A stretch of 64,000 nt of DNA, from positions 161,324,001 to 161,388,000 of the forward strand of contig OX597816.1 of the NCBI GenBank assembly GCA_951406725.2. The letters run 5' to 3'. The DNA is from Octopus vulgaris (lineage: Eukaryota). Position 1 is the first letter of the stretch, and every line of letters starts with the position of its first letter. A program made the position numbers and the translations under genes. The notes below the pieces were generated by a model. The model worked only from the letters and a program-made list of their open reading frames with translations, made no database searches and was not told the DNA's origin. Of the stretch, positions 24,900-38,902 are shown piece after piece.

Positions 24900-25447
24900 T
24901 ACTCTTGAATACTGTCCTGATATCATATGGGCCACATATCTTTTGTATCTTTTTGGTGAGGCCTTTGACATAGGGTAGACCGACTGCAATCCATTTATGG
25001 GTTTCATCCTCTCTTCTCTTCATAATTTGAGTGGATAGTATGTTTTTGAGGTAGTTGTTGCTTAATAGATTGTTACTTAGCTTGATCATTTCTTCGTGGT
25101 GTGTATCAGGATCGCTACTTATATTTTTTGCTTGATGTTTTAGACACTGAGCAATCCCTCTCTTTACACTGTATGGATGGTAGGAATTGAAGTTGAGGTA
25201 CTGTCCAGTGAAGGTTGGCTTGTGGTATATGGATGTCTGGATTCATACTTGGTGTGTGTTATTAAAAGATACAAAAGATATGTGGCCCATATGACATCAG
25301 GACAGTATTCAAGAGTAATACAACACTTTGCAAATATCTCCTTCGAGTAAAACCACCTATAGAAGAGAATATGACCAAAGACTGCGTGTACTCTATCCCA
25401 TGCAGTTGTGGTAGGTTCTACAAAGGCGAAACATGTTGCCTTCTCTG
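24900..25447. mobile_element. Penelope-like insertion with inverted segment (RT C-terminus on minus, GIY-YIG start on plus)
   Basis: Minus: SIYHKPTFTGQYLNFNSYHPYSVKRGIAQCL...LPYVKGLTKKIQKICGPYDIRTVFKSN. Plus from 25264: KIQKICGPYDIRTVFKSNTTLCKYLLRVKP...VYSIPCSCGRFYKGET. 12-bp TSD TATATAAAACAT (24888-24899, 25448-25459). Confidence 0.9.
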
Positions 25448-26089
25448 TATATAAAACATATGCTTACACAATACAAACACATACACACTCACGTGTGTGT
25501 GTGTGTGTGTGTACAGGTCTGTATGTGTTTGAATCTCATCTCGACATTGTGTGATTGTTGTAAACAAAAGTCACCATCATAGAAGTGGTATTCTTTATTT
25601 CCAGTCTCCTGTAATAACATGTCTGGTCATGGGGAAGTATTACTTTACTTGGAAACAGGTGAGGGTTGTTGACAGGAAGAGCATCCAGTCATAGAAAATC
25701 TGTCTCAGTAACTTCTTTCTGACGACTTATGCTAGCATGGAAAAGTGGACATTAAAAGAACGATGACAATGATGGTGATGATAGTGACAGCAGAGGTGAC
25801 AGCAACAATAGCAGCAATGGTGGTAGTGATATGATGACGATGATGATGATGAAGAGGAGGAGGAGGAGGATCTCTGCTCTCCTGCCCGTGTCTTTTTGTT
25901 AAACATTTCATGCTTTTATTATTCTACCTCATGCATGACAACAACTACCTTGTTAAGACTAATTCATAAAGCTTCAGTACTACTCATTAGTCAAACATCA
26001 ATATAATCCATGTTGTGACAGAGAGGCTTCCTTCATAGCTAAAAACAAGTATAGCCTGTATACTCTCACAATCAATCCTGTTAGTTTAA

Positions 26090-26310
26090 CCCTTTCGTTA
26101 CCAGCCTGGCTGAAACTTGCTCTGGCTCTGAGTACAAATGTCTTGTTTCCATAAGTTTTGAATTAAAATCTTCCACCAAACCTTACTCACAATTTATGTC
26201 CCTAACACTAGTTTAATGATAACTAAGTTATTTTACTAAATTCTTTGTTATATTTAAAATTAATTGAAAGAAACACAAAACATCTCAACAGAAATATGGT
26301 AACAAAAGGG
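26090..26310. mobile_element. piggyBac-type (TTAA) MITE, copy 1
   Basis: TTAA|CCCTTTCGTTACCA ... TGGTAACAAAAGGG|TTAA. Confidence 0.85.
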
Positions 26311-26341
26311 TTAAAATATATAATAGAGAAACAATTCTTAA

Positions 26342-26562
26342 CCCTTTTGATACCAATCCAGCTTAAACTGCCTTTAGCTCTGTAGTACAAATGCCTTGTT
26401 TTCAAAAGTTCTGAATTAAAATCTTCCACCAAACTTTAGCCACAATTTACGTTCCTAACACTAGCTGAATGATAACTAAGATATTTTACTAAATTCTTTG
26501 TTATATTTAAAGTAATTGAAAGAAACACAGAGCATCTCAAAATAAAAACAGTAACGAAAGAA
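26342..26562. mobile_element. piggyBac-type (TTAA) MITE, copy 2
   Basis: Diverged copy in the same orientation with its own TTAA flanks; an older relic begins near 41684. Confidence 0.8.
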
Positions 26563-27904
26563 TTAATCTCTGCCCTGTTGGTGGCTTTCACATAGGTTAA
26601 GAACTCATCTAACTTATATGAAAATAGAAAATAATTATCTTTACAATTTTTTCTTAAATTTTTCAGTTTATTTTATGTTTATTTGTTGTCTTTTCTTTTT
26701 TAAACCTAATACTGAATTTTCTTGGCAAGAAACATTTTCTATAGAAGAGAAGATAAACTTTCACATTTCTTATATAGTTCTATTCTGTAATACCATTACT
26801 ATTTTTAATGTCACAATGATGGATGGTCGATGGTTAATATACTCAAGTTACAACATTTTATTCCAGTTTTGATATAGAAATCAACTTCTTATTTTCCTTC
26901 CCATATCGACATAATCTGATCTTGACTGGAAGATAATAGTGTGGAGAGAATGGATATAAATTTAAAGAAATCTGTATCTGTCAAAATTACATTCATTTTC
27001 AGAATAATCCACCTTGTTCATATCTTTTATCTTTTACTTGTTTCAGTCATTAGTCTGTGGCCATGCTGGTGCACTGTCTTGAAGGGGAAACATGTTGTAG
27101 GACTGGGGGAAGTGGGTTCACATTGTAGGGCCAAGGGAAGGGTGCACACGTTGTAGGACTGGCATACTACATTGGCATTGGCTCAATGGCTACCACATTA
27201 TAGGACTGGCATTGGTTCTATAGCTACCACATTAAGTTCAAACTTAATGCTAGGTTGATCATCTCCGGTGAAACCTAAGGAATTGAGATCGATCCCACAC
27301 TGAGACCACCATTTCCATCTCTACTGTGGACAACAATTCTAAAGAAAGGACAACTGGTTTGTAAAATTATGGCATGCTGCATTCATTTTACAAACCAGTC
27401 ATCCTTTTTAGACAGTGGGTGCCCAAATGGCCAACTAATTCATAAGAGAATGTACAACATGGTCCTAGAACTAACTGACACTGAGCAAATCAAAATCATA
27501 AGATCCGTGGTGTTTTTGTGAAATAGTATGACTTGAACAGAGATACTTGGGTCTACTTGAAAACAATAATAACAGCAAAGGGAGTACTACAATGTGGTTG
27601 CTTGACTTCTAGAAATAGCAGTGAAATGTCTCTCAACTACTATTTTAAATGAGGATGACTGCATTGGAGAAGATAGGCATTGATATACAAACAGATGAGA
27701 TGGTCAAGACTGGAATGCTTTTGCTTATAAGTACGATCAATCAGGACAGACAACAGCAATAACAAACAAACAACAAAACAATATCAACATCAACACAGAA
27801 TGAATAATAAAGCTAGTTCATATATATATATATATATATATATATAATCCATCTAATATTGTGTTCAGTTGTGATTTACCTTCACTGTTATCCAATATGA
27901 AAGT

Positions 27905-27905
27905 T

Positions 27906-27964
<59 letters not shown>

Positions 27965-27995
27965 TTACTACTACTACTACTACTACTACTACTAC
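27905..27995. repeat. (TAC)n microsatellite
   Basis: Visible directly. Confidence 0.95.
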
Positions 27996-28332
27996 ACTAC
28001 ACTACACTTCTTGACTCATTGCACTTCAACACATTCAGGACTAAATCTGTTTCCAACACCTTAAATCCTTACAGTTATATTGTTTGTTTTTGTCCGTCAA
28101 TTATTACTTCCTCTTGGAAGGGACTTACCAGTGCATCCCTTTATTTATAACCCTGCACTCTCTTGATCCCCCCTCTCTCTCTCTTTCTCTCTCCACCTCC
28201 ACTTCCTGCTTCATTTCTACTTCCTAAGCCAATAAAGACATGTCAACTGACACCACAAGGCACACAGTTTAGATGCAAATATTGGTTTCCTTGTTTGAGT
28301 TAGGATAACAAACACTATTGTTAGCTAAAACT

Positions 28333-28363
<31 letters not shown>

Positions 28364-28425
28364 TATATGTATATGCATGTATGTATACATATGTGTGTAT
28401 ATATGCAGCATATGTATATATCGTC

Positions 28426-28465
<40 letters not shown>

Positions 28466-28515
28466 GTGTATATGTATATATATATATATATGTATATATC
28501 TATATGTATATCGTC

Positions 28516-28557
<42 letters not shown>

Positions 28558-28582
28558 ATATGTATATATATATATATATATA

Positions 28583-28646
<64 letters not shown>

Positions 28647-28750
28647 TATATATATATGTATGTATATATATGTCTATATATATATGTATGTATATATATG
28701 TATATATATATGTATATATATGTATGTATATATATGTATATATATATATG

Positions 28751-28795
<45 letters not shown>

Positions 28796-28808
28796 GTATA
28801 TATATATA

Positions 28809-28850
<42 letters not shown>

Positions 28851-28885
28851 TGTGTGCATGTGGAGGTGTGTGTGTGTGTGTGTAG
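28333..28885. repeat. Long compound (CA)/(TA)/(TG) microsatellite
   Basis: Visible directly; source of the long Y/I ORFs. Confidence 0.95.
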
Positions 28886-30279
28886 GTGTGTACACTCACA
28901 CTCATGTAACTACATCCATATACAGTAGATAGTATTTCAATAAGAATGTCTAAAACTTTCTCACATTGGAATGGCTTAGCTCTCATCACTCATACACACA
29001 TAGACGCACAAAAAAAAATCAAGCGACTATATTTACTGCACCTGTGCAATGAATATTTCTCAATTTACCTAGCAAGAGTCTAGATTCCAAACTTACTGGA
29101 TAGTTTTTTTCTTCTAAGATAGATTATGTTTTTTTTTTTTTTACTTTCTTTTTTTTTTTTTCAAAGTATGTCACATGACAACAGAATCAGAGTTAAACAC
29201 ATTTCTCAGATCTATGCTAAAATTGGACGAAATTACCTGTGATGTTTTACTTTGAATATAGACATCTCCTCGTTGGGCCCTGGTGTCAGAGAAATGATAG
29301 ACTCCCAGGCTAAATGAACACCATCTTCTCAACACCCTCTTCTCCTACCAGTGTTCACCACATACTGCATTCCCCTTTACTCACCCTTACATACCTACCT
29401 GCACACAATATGCTCCCAATGAAACTCTCTCGCCCCCCCCCTCTCACTGCAATATTTCCTATTAATATCTTCTCCCTCTACTTGTGCCCACTCATTACAT
29501 TCCCACCGGCTCTGTCTACCACTCTCCTCTTGCAATCTCCTGAACTCACTCACCACCCCCTCCACTCACCCCTCCTCTCACCCCCTCTACTCACACACCC
29601 CTCCAATACCCGGATAGAGGGTGGTTCATATAACCACTCCCAATTCCCAATTGCACCATCACCATCTTCACCATCTTCCTTCACTCCTCTCTCTTCTCTC
29701 TGTCTCTCTGTCCACTTTCTCCCCTCCTGAGGTAGCCATGGTTTCCCTCTAATGCAAGACACCCTTTTTTTTTTCCTATCCTTCAACACTACTCTCTCCA
29801 CACCACCTGATGGATGGGGGCAATCTTGTCTTGCTAGTTACAAGTTACCTGGTGACCTCACTATAGCTGGTACCATGTTAAAAAGCACCCAGTACACTCT
29901 GTAAAGTGGTTGCAATTAGGAAGGGCATCCAGCTGTAGAGACCATGCTAGCATGGAGAACAGGCATTCGATGATGATTATGAGGATGAGGATGGAGATGA
30001 TGATGATGATGACGATGGTGATGATATATATTTATGTAGCATATAGATCTATATGTTTATGTGCACAGGGGTGTTTATATGTATAAAATCAAACTACATT
30101 TCTTCAAAGCAGGACAGACATTAACCTAATTGTTTTTTTATGTATCCCATGTTCTTATTTTCTTCTTCTTTTTTAAAATTCTTTGCAATGCTATTCTGTT
30201 AGTTGGTTCCAACATCTTTTATTGACTTTGCATGCACTTACTGAATCTAGAAATCTCTGTAAGTTAAGTTATGGAGGTT

Positions 30280-30333
<54 letters not shown>

Positions 30334-30433
30334 ATATGCGACAGAGAAATGGTAGTAAGAAATGGATGGGTAAAAAAGATAATAAGTAGAAGATAGGGAA
30401 TGGAGCAAGCAAAAAACAATAATAATAATAATC

Positions 30434-30486
<53 letters not shown>

Positions 30487-30649
30487 CAGTGATGGGGAGA
30501 GAGACTGAAAACATGAAGGAGGTGAAGGGGAAGAAATCACAGAAAGACTGAAAATAAGCAGAGAATATGTTAAGATGGAAAAAACTAAATAAAGAGACAG
30601 AATGATGAGAAAAAAAAGGAGGGAAAAGAACCAAAGAGAAACAATCAGA

Positions 30650-30850
30650 GAGAGGAAGAGAGATGGGGGGGATGATGGAGAGAGAAAGAGGAGAAGAGAG
30701 AGGGGGGATGATGGAGAGGGAAAGAGGAGAAGAGAGAGGGGGTGATGGAGAGAGAAAGAGGAGAAGAGAGAGGGGAGATGATGGAGAAAGAAAGAGGAGA
30801 AGAGAGGGGGGGTGATGGAGAGAGAAAGAGGAGAAGAGAGAGGGAGAGAG
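30650..30850. repeat. GA-rich minisatellite, ~36-39-bp unit, about 5 copies
   Basis: Unit GATGATGGAGAGAGAAAGAGGAGAAGAGAGAGGGGG. Confidence 0.85.
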
Positions 30851-31874
30851 ATGAGGAAAAATTGATAGTGAAAGGAAAAAAAACAGAAATTGTTTGAAAT
30901 TATATGTAATAAAAGTAACTGTTGCTTGTATTTTCATGTTACATTTCCTACTTACATTAACCATTGTCCAATCATAAAGCACTGTACTGAGATTTGTTGG
31001 CAAAAATGAGTTTTTGATTTAAGTGGGGTGGGGTCCCCATGGCTAATTATGTAATATACTTTGTTCTGTGTTTTGTGTTCGTTGAAATGCAATTCTTAAA
31101 ATTGAAGATAATTCAAATATAAATGAGAACGCATAAAATTTTTAAAATAGGCCTCGGCATCACTGTGTGGTTAAGAAACTTGCTTTGTAACTGCTTGGTT
31201 CCAGGTTCAATCCCATTGTATGGCACTGCAGGCAAATGTCTTCTGCTTTTAATTCCAAATTTTTAATCCAAAACTTTTAATCCAAAATTTAATACTAAAT
31301 TGGGGGTACAACTTATCATCATCATTTAATGTCTGCTTTCCATGCTGGCATGGGTTGGACGATTTGACTGAGGACTGGTGAACCAGATGGCTGCACCAGG
31401 CTCCAATCTGATCTGGTGGAATTTCTACAGCTGGATGCCCTTCCTAATGCCAACCACTCCAAGAGTGTAGAGGGTGCTTTTATGTGCCACTTGCATGAGG
31501 GCCAGTTAGGCGGTACAGGCAATGGCCATGCTCAAATTTTACATGCCACCTGCACATGAACCAGTCCAGCTGCACTGGCAACGACCTTGCTTGAATGTTG
31601 TTTTCTACGTGCCAGTAAGGTGACACTGGTAATGATCAAGGATGCCATAGGGGTAGAGGTTAAGTCAATTACATCGACTCTCAATGCATAACTGGTACTT
31701 ACTTAATCAACTCCGGAAAGATGAAATGCAAGCTTGACCTCAGAATGTAGCGATGGGTAAAATACTGCTAAACATTTCGCCTTAATATTAATAGAGTATG
31801 TAATAATGTTGTAATAATACTACTATGCTATATCATTACATTAATTATTAATAATTATTGCATTTATTTCCATT

Positions 31875-32220
31875 GGTGTGGTTGTGTGGTAGGATGTTTG
31901 CTTCCCAACCACATGGTCCTGGGTTCAGTCTCACTATGTGGCACCTTGGGCAAGTGTCTTTCTATATAGCCCCAGCTTGACCAAAGCCTTATGAGTGGAT
32001 TTGGTCAACAGAAACTGAAAGAAACCTGTTGTGTGTGTGTGTTTCTTTGTGTTTACATTTGTCTTCCTCAACTGCGTGACAACCGGTGTTGGTGTGTTTA
32101 CATCCCTGTTACTGCTTAACAAATATGTACTGGGGTCGATTCATTTGACTAAAAATTCTTCAAGCAGGTGCCCCAGTATGGTCGCAGTCTAATGACTGTA
32201 ACAAGTAAAAGATAAAAGAC
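31875..32220 (+). mobile_element. Family-A SINE
   Basis: Head, (TG)n and tail as in 46968-47405. Confidence 0.75.
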
Positions 32221-32269
32221 AAACGATATATGACTTCTCTATACACATCATAGTTATCATTTTACCATA

Positions 32270-32670
32270 GGTCAGACTTGATTGAGTTGGTCTTTGATCA
32301 AAAGCTTTCCAGACATGACCATAATGCCTTTTTAGGGTTGTGAAACATTATATTATCCAGTGTGTTCTTTCTTTTCCTAAAACAGTAGGGTGTAATTTGA
32401 AGGAATTTGGCTGCTATTTCTACAAATTAAGCAACCATATAACGGCTCCCTTATTGGATCATGTTGCTGTTATTTTTAGTCCCAGGTCAGTACCAATTGA
32501 GCAGATCTATAATTAATGACATTCCATCAGTGACCATCCTGCATTTTAAAGAGTATATTGGACCACATTGTATCATGTCATAGTTCCTTTTTTAATAAGA
32601 TGGATGTAATTTTAGGGAAATTGGCTGCCATTTCTAGCATGTTGAGAGATCATGTGGAGTCCTATGTTAG
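32270..32670 (+). repeat. Old ~200-bp interspersed repeat, two tandem copies
   Basis: Motifs GGTCAG..GATCAAA..TTCCAG..TGACCAT and GATTTGAGGGA.ATTTGGCTGCTATTTCTAG. Also near 11500-11650, 18485-18670, 27580-27750 (-), 43790-43880 (-) and 58125-58800. Confidence 0.6.
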
Positions 32671-32714
32671 GCATTTCTGTGGTTGTGTAATATTGTGGTG
32701 TGATTCCATGTAGC

Positions 32715-32811
32715 ATTGCTGCTGCTGCTGCTGCTACTACTACTACTACTACTACTACTATCACCACCACCACCACTGCTGCTGCTGGTATTGCTGCTGC
32801 TGCTGCTGCTG

Positions 32812-32871
<60 letters not shown>

Positions 32872-32898
32872 TCACCACCACCACTGCTGCTGCTGGTA

Positions 32899-32966
<68 letters not shown>
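32715..32966. repeat. Higher-order compound trinucleotide repeat
   Basis: ATT(GCT)n(ACT)nATC(ACC)nACT(GCT)3GGT unit repeated twice plus a partial third. Confidence 0.9.
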
Positions 32967-32967
<1 letters not shown>

Positions 32968-33435
32968 AATAGTAAAAGTAATGGCTTTTTTTTACATCAA
33001 GCATGGAATCTCAGATTTGTGAGGTGGGGTTGGGGGAGGGGGGGCGAGGAGTCTGTAATGTCCAAGCCCCTTTACCAACAACTTTATTAATGTAAGTGCA
33101 TGGAAGTGGTTCCCTCAGGCTGGAGGTGTTTTTTCTTCATCCTCATTTTTTCTTTTTTTTTTTTTTTTGTTTTTGGCTCAGTTCACTGAGGACTTGGCAC
33201 CAATCTTGGGCATCCACCATTAAATATGAACAACAACAGCAACCATAACAATGGCCAACAGCATCAGCAGCAACCACATCAACAGCAATAAGGGTGATGT
33301 GATGGGGTTAGAAGAAGGAGAAAGTAAATATTAGAGGAAGAGAGGTGGTGGTAGTGATAACCAGTTTATGTAATGGTGATAAGGAAATGGTTGTAGGAGT
33401 TAGGCTGTTATCAAACAGGTTGTTGCTGCTATTAT

Positions 33436-33452
33436 TGATGGTGACGATAATG

Positions 33453-33484
<32 letters not shown>

Positions 33485-33930
33485 GATGATGATGGTGATC
33501 ATGGCGATTATGGTAATAATGGTGCTGATGGTGATGACGGTGAGCATGGCGATGATGGTGATAATGGTGATGTTGACGACGACAACGACAATGATGATGA
33601 CGGCGATGACAATGAAGGTGACGATGATGATGATGGTGATGACGATGATGGTGATGATGATGATGATGATGATGGTGATGATGACGATGATGGTGATGAT
33701 GGTGGTGATGGTAATGATGATGATGGTGATGAGGATGACAGAGACGATAACAGTGATTGTGATGATGACGAAGATGACAATAGTGATGGTGATGGTGATG
33801 ATAATGATGACAGCAATACAGCCGAGAATGGTGATGTTGGTGGTGGTAGTGGTGGCAGCAGTGGCAGCGACGACGATGATGGCGAGGAGGAGGAGAAGAG
33901 GAGGTGGTAGGGGAGAAGGAGGAGGAGTTG
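33436..33930. repeat. Degenerate (GAT/GGT/GAC)n tract
   Basis: Visible directly. Confidence 0.9.
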
Positions 33931-35571
33931 GTTAGTCTTTAAAATGTGTGTAATAGAGTTTGGTTGAAAGTAACAAAAGGATTTTAATTACAAGAAAAAT
34001 CAATAACTTCAGTAGACATTCGTATCTGAAAATGAGTCTTTTGTAATGGAACAGTAAAAAGAATGGAAGATGGGGAGGACCAAAATAATAATAATAATAA
34101 TAAAGAAATAAAGAAATAAAATAAAACAAAAAAATGACAAAAAAACTTTAAAAAACCTTAATAATAAAATTAGTAAACAAAAGGCAGCACTTATTTACTT
34201 ATTTATTTACTTATATATTTATTTATTTATTTATTTGTTTATTACAAAAGTAGTTTCAGAAATATGTTTTGTAAATATCTATAAATTGTCTTTAAAAATT
34301 CACCGCTAATTACCTTTTGTTTGCTATTCTTAGCATAGTCCTAGATCCCTCCCTGCCTTTTTCCTCCCTCCTACTCTCTCACTCTCTCTATGTCTTGTTT
34401 CCTCTCTCTCTATCCCTCTCTCTCTGTCTTCATACTTATATCAATCACTATGACAACAAAATACCCACACAGCTATGTTATTATGTTCATCTTTTCGTCA
34501 TTATCATTGTTAATTTTGCATCCAAGCTAGTATGGAATATTATCAAATAGCTCTGTGCGTGTGGGTTTGAATCATAATTATCGATTTATTTTTATTTTAT
34601 TTCATTTCTATTTACTTAATTTTGTGGAAGCTTCTGGATGTGAATTCATTTCTCTTAATAAACAAGATTATCAATTGTAAACAATTGTTCTGCAATTAAT
34701 CCATGATTTAAGTCAATCAAATTCTTTGATATTTAAGAATAGAATCCAGGGAGGGAAATTTCAGTTTTTATTTGCAATTCGCAATGAATGTCTTCTGTAA
34801 TTTCATCTGTACCGATAATATAAGACCAAATACCATTTCCTTTTTTAGTCCATTTACTGGTTTCAGTTATTGGGTTGTGGCCATGCTGGAGTGCCTTCTT
34901 TTCAAATGCTTTAACTGGCATGTAAAAAGCATCATTCAAGCATGGTCATTGCAAGTGCCACCTGAATAGTTCCTGTGCTGGTGGCACGTACAAAGCACCA
35001 TTCAAGTGTGGCCGATGCCAGTACCACCTCACTGGCCCTCATGCCAGTGGCATGTAAAAAGCACCCAGTACACTCTCAGAGTTGTTGGCATTAGAAAGGG
35101 CATCCAGCTGTAGAAACATTGCCAGATCAGATTGGAGCCTGGTGCAGCCTTCATCAGTCCTCAGTCAAACCGTCCAACCCATGCCAGATTGGAAAATAGA
35201 TGTTAAATGACAATGATGATGATGATGATGATAACGATGATTTAATCGAATGTTTACTTCAATCTCTGTTTTTGTTTCTGCTTTATTGATGTCTTTTTTG
35301 TGAATAATCAAACCACCATGTCTTTTTTTTTAATGTAAATGGACACAACTGGACGCTTACATTCACAAACACACACACACAGAAAGAGAGAAAGAGGGAT
35401 AGAGGGAAGAGAAAGAGTGAGAGAGGGAAAGAGAGAGTGAGAGAGAGAAAGGGAGAGAAAGAGAGAGAGGGAAAGAGAGAGGAGGAAAGGGAAAGAGAGA
35501 GAGAGAGTGGGGTCTGGTGATAAAGGTAGGAAAATAGAATTCCAAATATGAGAATTCTTTTACTTTCATTT

Positions 35572-35765
35572 CTTTAACTTCTTTCAGTCATTCTGATTGC
35601 ATCCATGCTGGAGCACCGCCTCTAATTCAACAAATCAACCCTAGGACTTATTCTTTATAAGCCTATTTTATTGGTCTCTTTTACCAAGCCACTAAGTTAC
35701 GGGAATGTAAACACACCAAAATCAATTGTCAAGCGATGCTGGTGGGGACAAACACAGACACACAA

Positions 35766-35800
<35 letters not shown>

Positions 35801-35804
35801 TACA

Positions 35805-35838
<34 letters not shown>

Positions 35839-36005
35839 CATACATATATATATACAAAATGGCTTCTTTCAGTTTCCATCTACCAAATCCACTTGGTCGG
35901 CCCAAGGCTATTGTAGAAGACACTTGCCCAAGGTGCCACACAGTGGGACTGAACCCAGAAGCATGTGGTTGGTAAGCAAGCTACTTACCACACAGCCACT
36001 CTTGC
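35572..36005 (-). mobile_element. Family-A SINE
   Basis: Reverse complement of 46968-47405. Confidence 0.8.
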
Positions 36006-36858
36006 ACCTATATATATATTTTTTTAATTAGTGCCAATACACATAACTTTCAACCTTTGAATCACTCTGTAAGCTCTGCCAAACCCATACCAGCATGTAT
36101 ACAATGACGTTGGTGATATATATATAATGGATGGTAATCTCGCTTGTGCTGGTGGCATGGAAAAAGCATCCAGTAATGTTCTCAAAGGGTTGATGTTATG
36201 AAGGGCATCGAGCTGTAGAAACTATACTGAAGCAGACGCTGGAGTTCGATGCAATCCCTGGACTCACTGGATCCTGTCAAACTGTCTGACCCATGCTAGC
36301 ATGGAACATGGACATTCGCTGATGATGATGATGATGGTGATGTGCTTGTGTGTGTGTGTGTGTGTGTAAATAGTTGGACCTCTACACATTCCATTTACTA
36401 CTAAATTCCATGCACAGGTTATTGGTCAACTCAAGACTATAATAAGAGACACTTAACCGTTGTGTTGCACACTGGGTTTGAACCCTGCCCCATGTGGTTG
36501 CAAAATGAACTTCTTAACCATGCAGCCATGCCTGCATTAATTTAAGAAACCATTATTACATGACCCACACAGTTCATTTTCCTTTGGCCTGATTTTCTGA
36601 ATCTACTTAATAACCACATTGTGTCTACCTTTACTGTCTCAGTCCTACATTTTGTGACAGAAAACCCACATTATAGTCTGGATTAGTTTTGTGTAACTAT
36701 TTTAATGTAACAAAGATATTTCCCTTCTCGTCTCTGAATTTAATGAGGCACAATCATTCTTTGATAGACACTTGTTGATTAGAAATGTGAAAACAGAAAA
36801 TCAGGTATTCAATATTTCCCTTAATGTTGTTGATGCTGCTGCTGCTGTTGATACATAA

Positions 36859-36892
<34 letters not shown>

Positions 36893-36966
36893 TATTTTTA
36901 TAATGTACTCTTCCTTCGATATCATCAAACACAATCTTACAAACTTATTAGATTATTTTTGTATGC

Positions 36967-37190
36967 CATCATCATCATCATCATCTTCATCACCAACATT
37001 ATCATCATTATCACCATCACCACCATCATCATCATCATCGTCGTCGTTATCATCGCTGTCATTGTCATCATCATAATCATCATCATAATCCTCAACTTCA
37101 TCATCAACATCGATATCATCATTGTCATCATCATCATCACCAGCATCATCATCATCACCACCACCACCACAACCACCATTACAACAACTA
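36967..37190. repeat. Degenerate (CAT)n microsatellite
   Basis: Visible directly. Confidence 0.9.
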
Positions 37191-38339
37191 GCACTAATAA
37201 TCCCAGTGTGATGGGAGTTTAGTTGTTAAACACCAGGAGTGGTTTTGGAGAGATAAATCTCCCACACGACACATCTAAATAAAATATACACTTCTTCATT
37301 TTCTGAAGGACATAAAATTCTATCTCCAATTACAAATTTAACCTCTTCAAACATTAATTTACTTTTCTCTTATTGATGAAGCATTGATATTTTTCTGTGT
37401 CGGTACAGAGTTGAATGAACCTGAAATTTATTTGAACATTTACATGAATTATTGCAACTAATGTTTTTATATTTCTAAATATCCTTCATATGAAGGACTT
37501 CACCAACATTAACAATGAACATAAAAATAATTTACTTGCATGACAAGGCTATACTTCCTGTTGATGATTTCCAGCTGTCTATCACTCTGATACATTCACA
37601 CATCACTGTCTAATATTTCTTACTTTGATGTTTAAATATATCAGTGACCTCAGGAGTCAATTATATTAATCACCTATTCTCTGGCTCATATTGAACTCAA
37701 ATCTATTGTGTCTTCATCACAGTAATGTCCAGCTTTTTCCACTTTAAGCTATTGTGGTGTTCTATGAAAGTTATTAATCATTCATATGAACAAAGCCTCA
37801 CCTGAAAACAAACACTCTCGACTGATATGATAGTGATTCGTAAAGTTCAAACTTTGGTTTAGATTAACTGACACTGATAATGTTTTTGTTTTTTTTTTAC
37901 CTCATAGACCGCAATGCAGCAGGCCACCACACCTTTATAAAAGTTTAATTTATAGACTTAACCATTCATCAGTAGGAGTTGCTTCAGACATATTTAGAGG
38001 GATGTTCAACTGGAATCTATTGAAAATGTATTGATTCAAGTGTTAATTAACTAAATCAATTTCTGGTCATCTGTATGGTTTTGATTGATGTAGAATAAAA
38101 TTTCTGTGTAAAAAATCTGTTTTCAGCTATAAGCAGATTTCCTTTGTAAGCCATCCATTTGGGAAAAACCTAAGCTATTACCTTACCATTTTAGTTTCCT
38201 TCACAAGCAAATAACAGATTTTTATTACTGTATTTGATGGTATATATGATGCAATTTAAAAAAAAAAATCTCAAAAGAATCAATCTGGGCTCTATATGCA
38301 AAGTTACCTTGACTATTGCATACTTTATTACACTAAAAG

Positions 38340-38750
38340 GTGCAGGCGTAGCTGTGTGCTAAGAAGCTTGCTTCCCAACCACATGCTTCTGGGTTCGGTT
38401 CCCCTGCATGGCACCTCGGCCAAGTGTCTTCTACTATAGCCTTGGGGCTGACCAAAGCAATGTGAATGGATTTGGTAGAGAGAAGCTGAAAGAAGCTGTG
38501 TGTATGTGTGTGTGTGTGTCTGTCTGTTTGTCTTTGTGCCTGTGTTTGTATCCCTCCTCCACTTGACAAGCAGTGTTAGTTTGTTTATGTCCTTGTAACT
38601 TATCAGTTTGACAAAAGAGACTGATAAAATAAGTACCAAGATTTCAAAAAAATATGTACTGGGTTGTGGGGTTGATTCATTTGACCAAAAATTCTTCAAG
38701 GCGGTGCCCCAGCAGGGCTGCAGTCTAATGACTGAAACAAGTAAAAGATT
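38340..38750 (+). mobile_element. Family-A SINE
   Basis: Full head-microsatellite-tail organisation. Confidence 0.8.
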
Positions 38751-38902
38751 AAAGATAGAACCTATTTTTACCAAATGTGCTCTGATAAAATCGGGATTCA
38801 TCTAAAATATTCATCCAAGTTTCAAGAATGGTAATTCTCATTTTCTTCTTCTTGTACTTGACCATGATCTCAATAGTAACCAAGAAAAAGGTGTATATAT
38901 AT

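Noticed and set aside
28318-28989. Longest ORFs in the track (Y/I/C/V-rich), and similar poly-M, poly-S, poly-L and HT ORFs elsewhere
   Set aside because: They are translations of microsatellites that lack stop codons.
33023-33050. G-run cluster with G-quadruplex potential
   Set aside because: Isolated, with no promoter or exon context.
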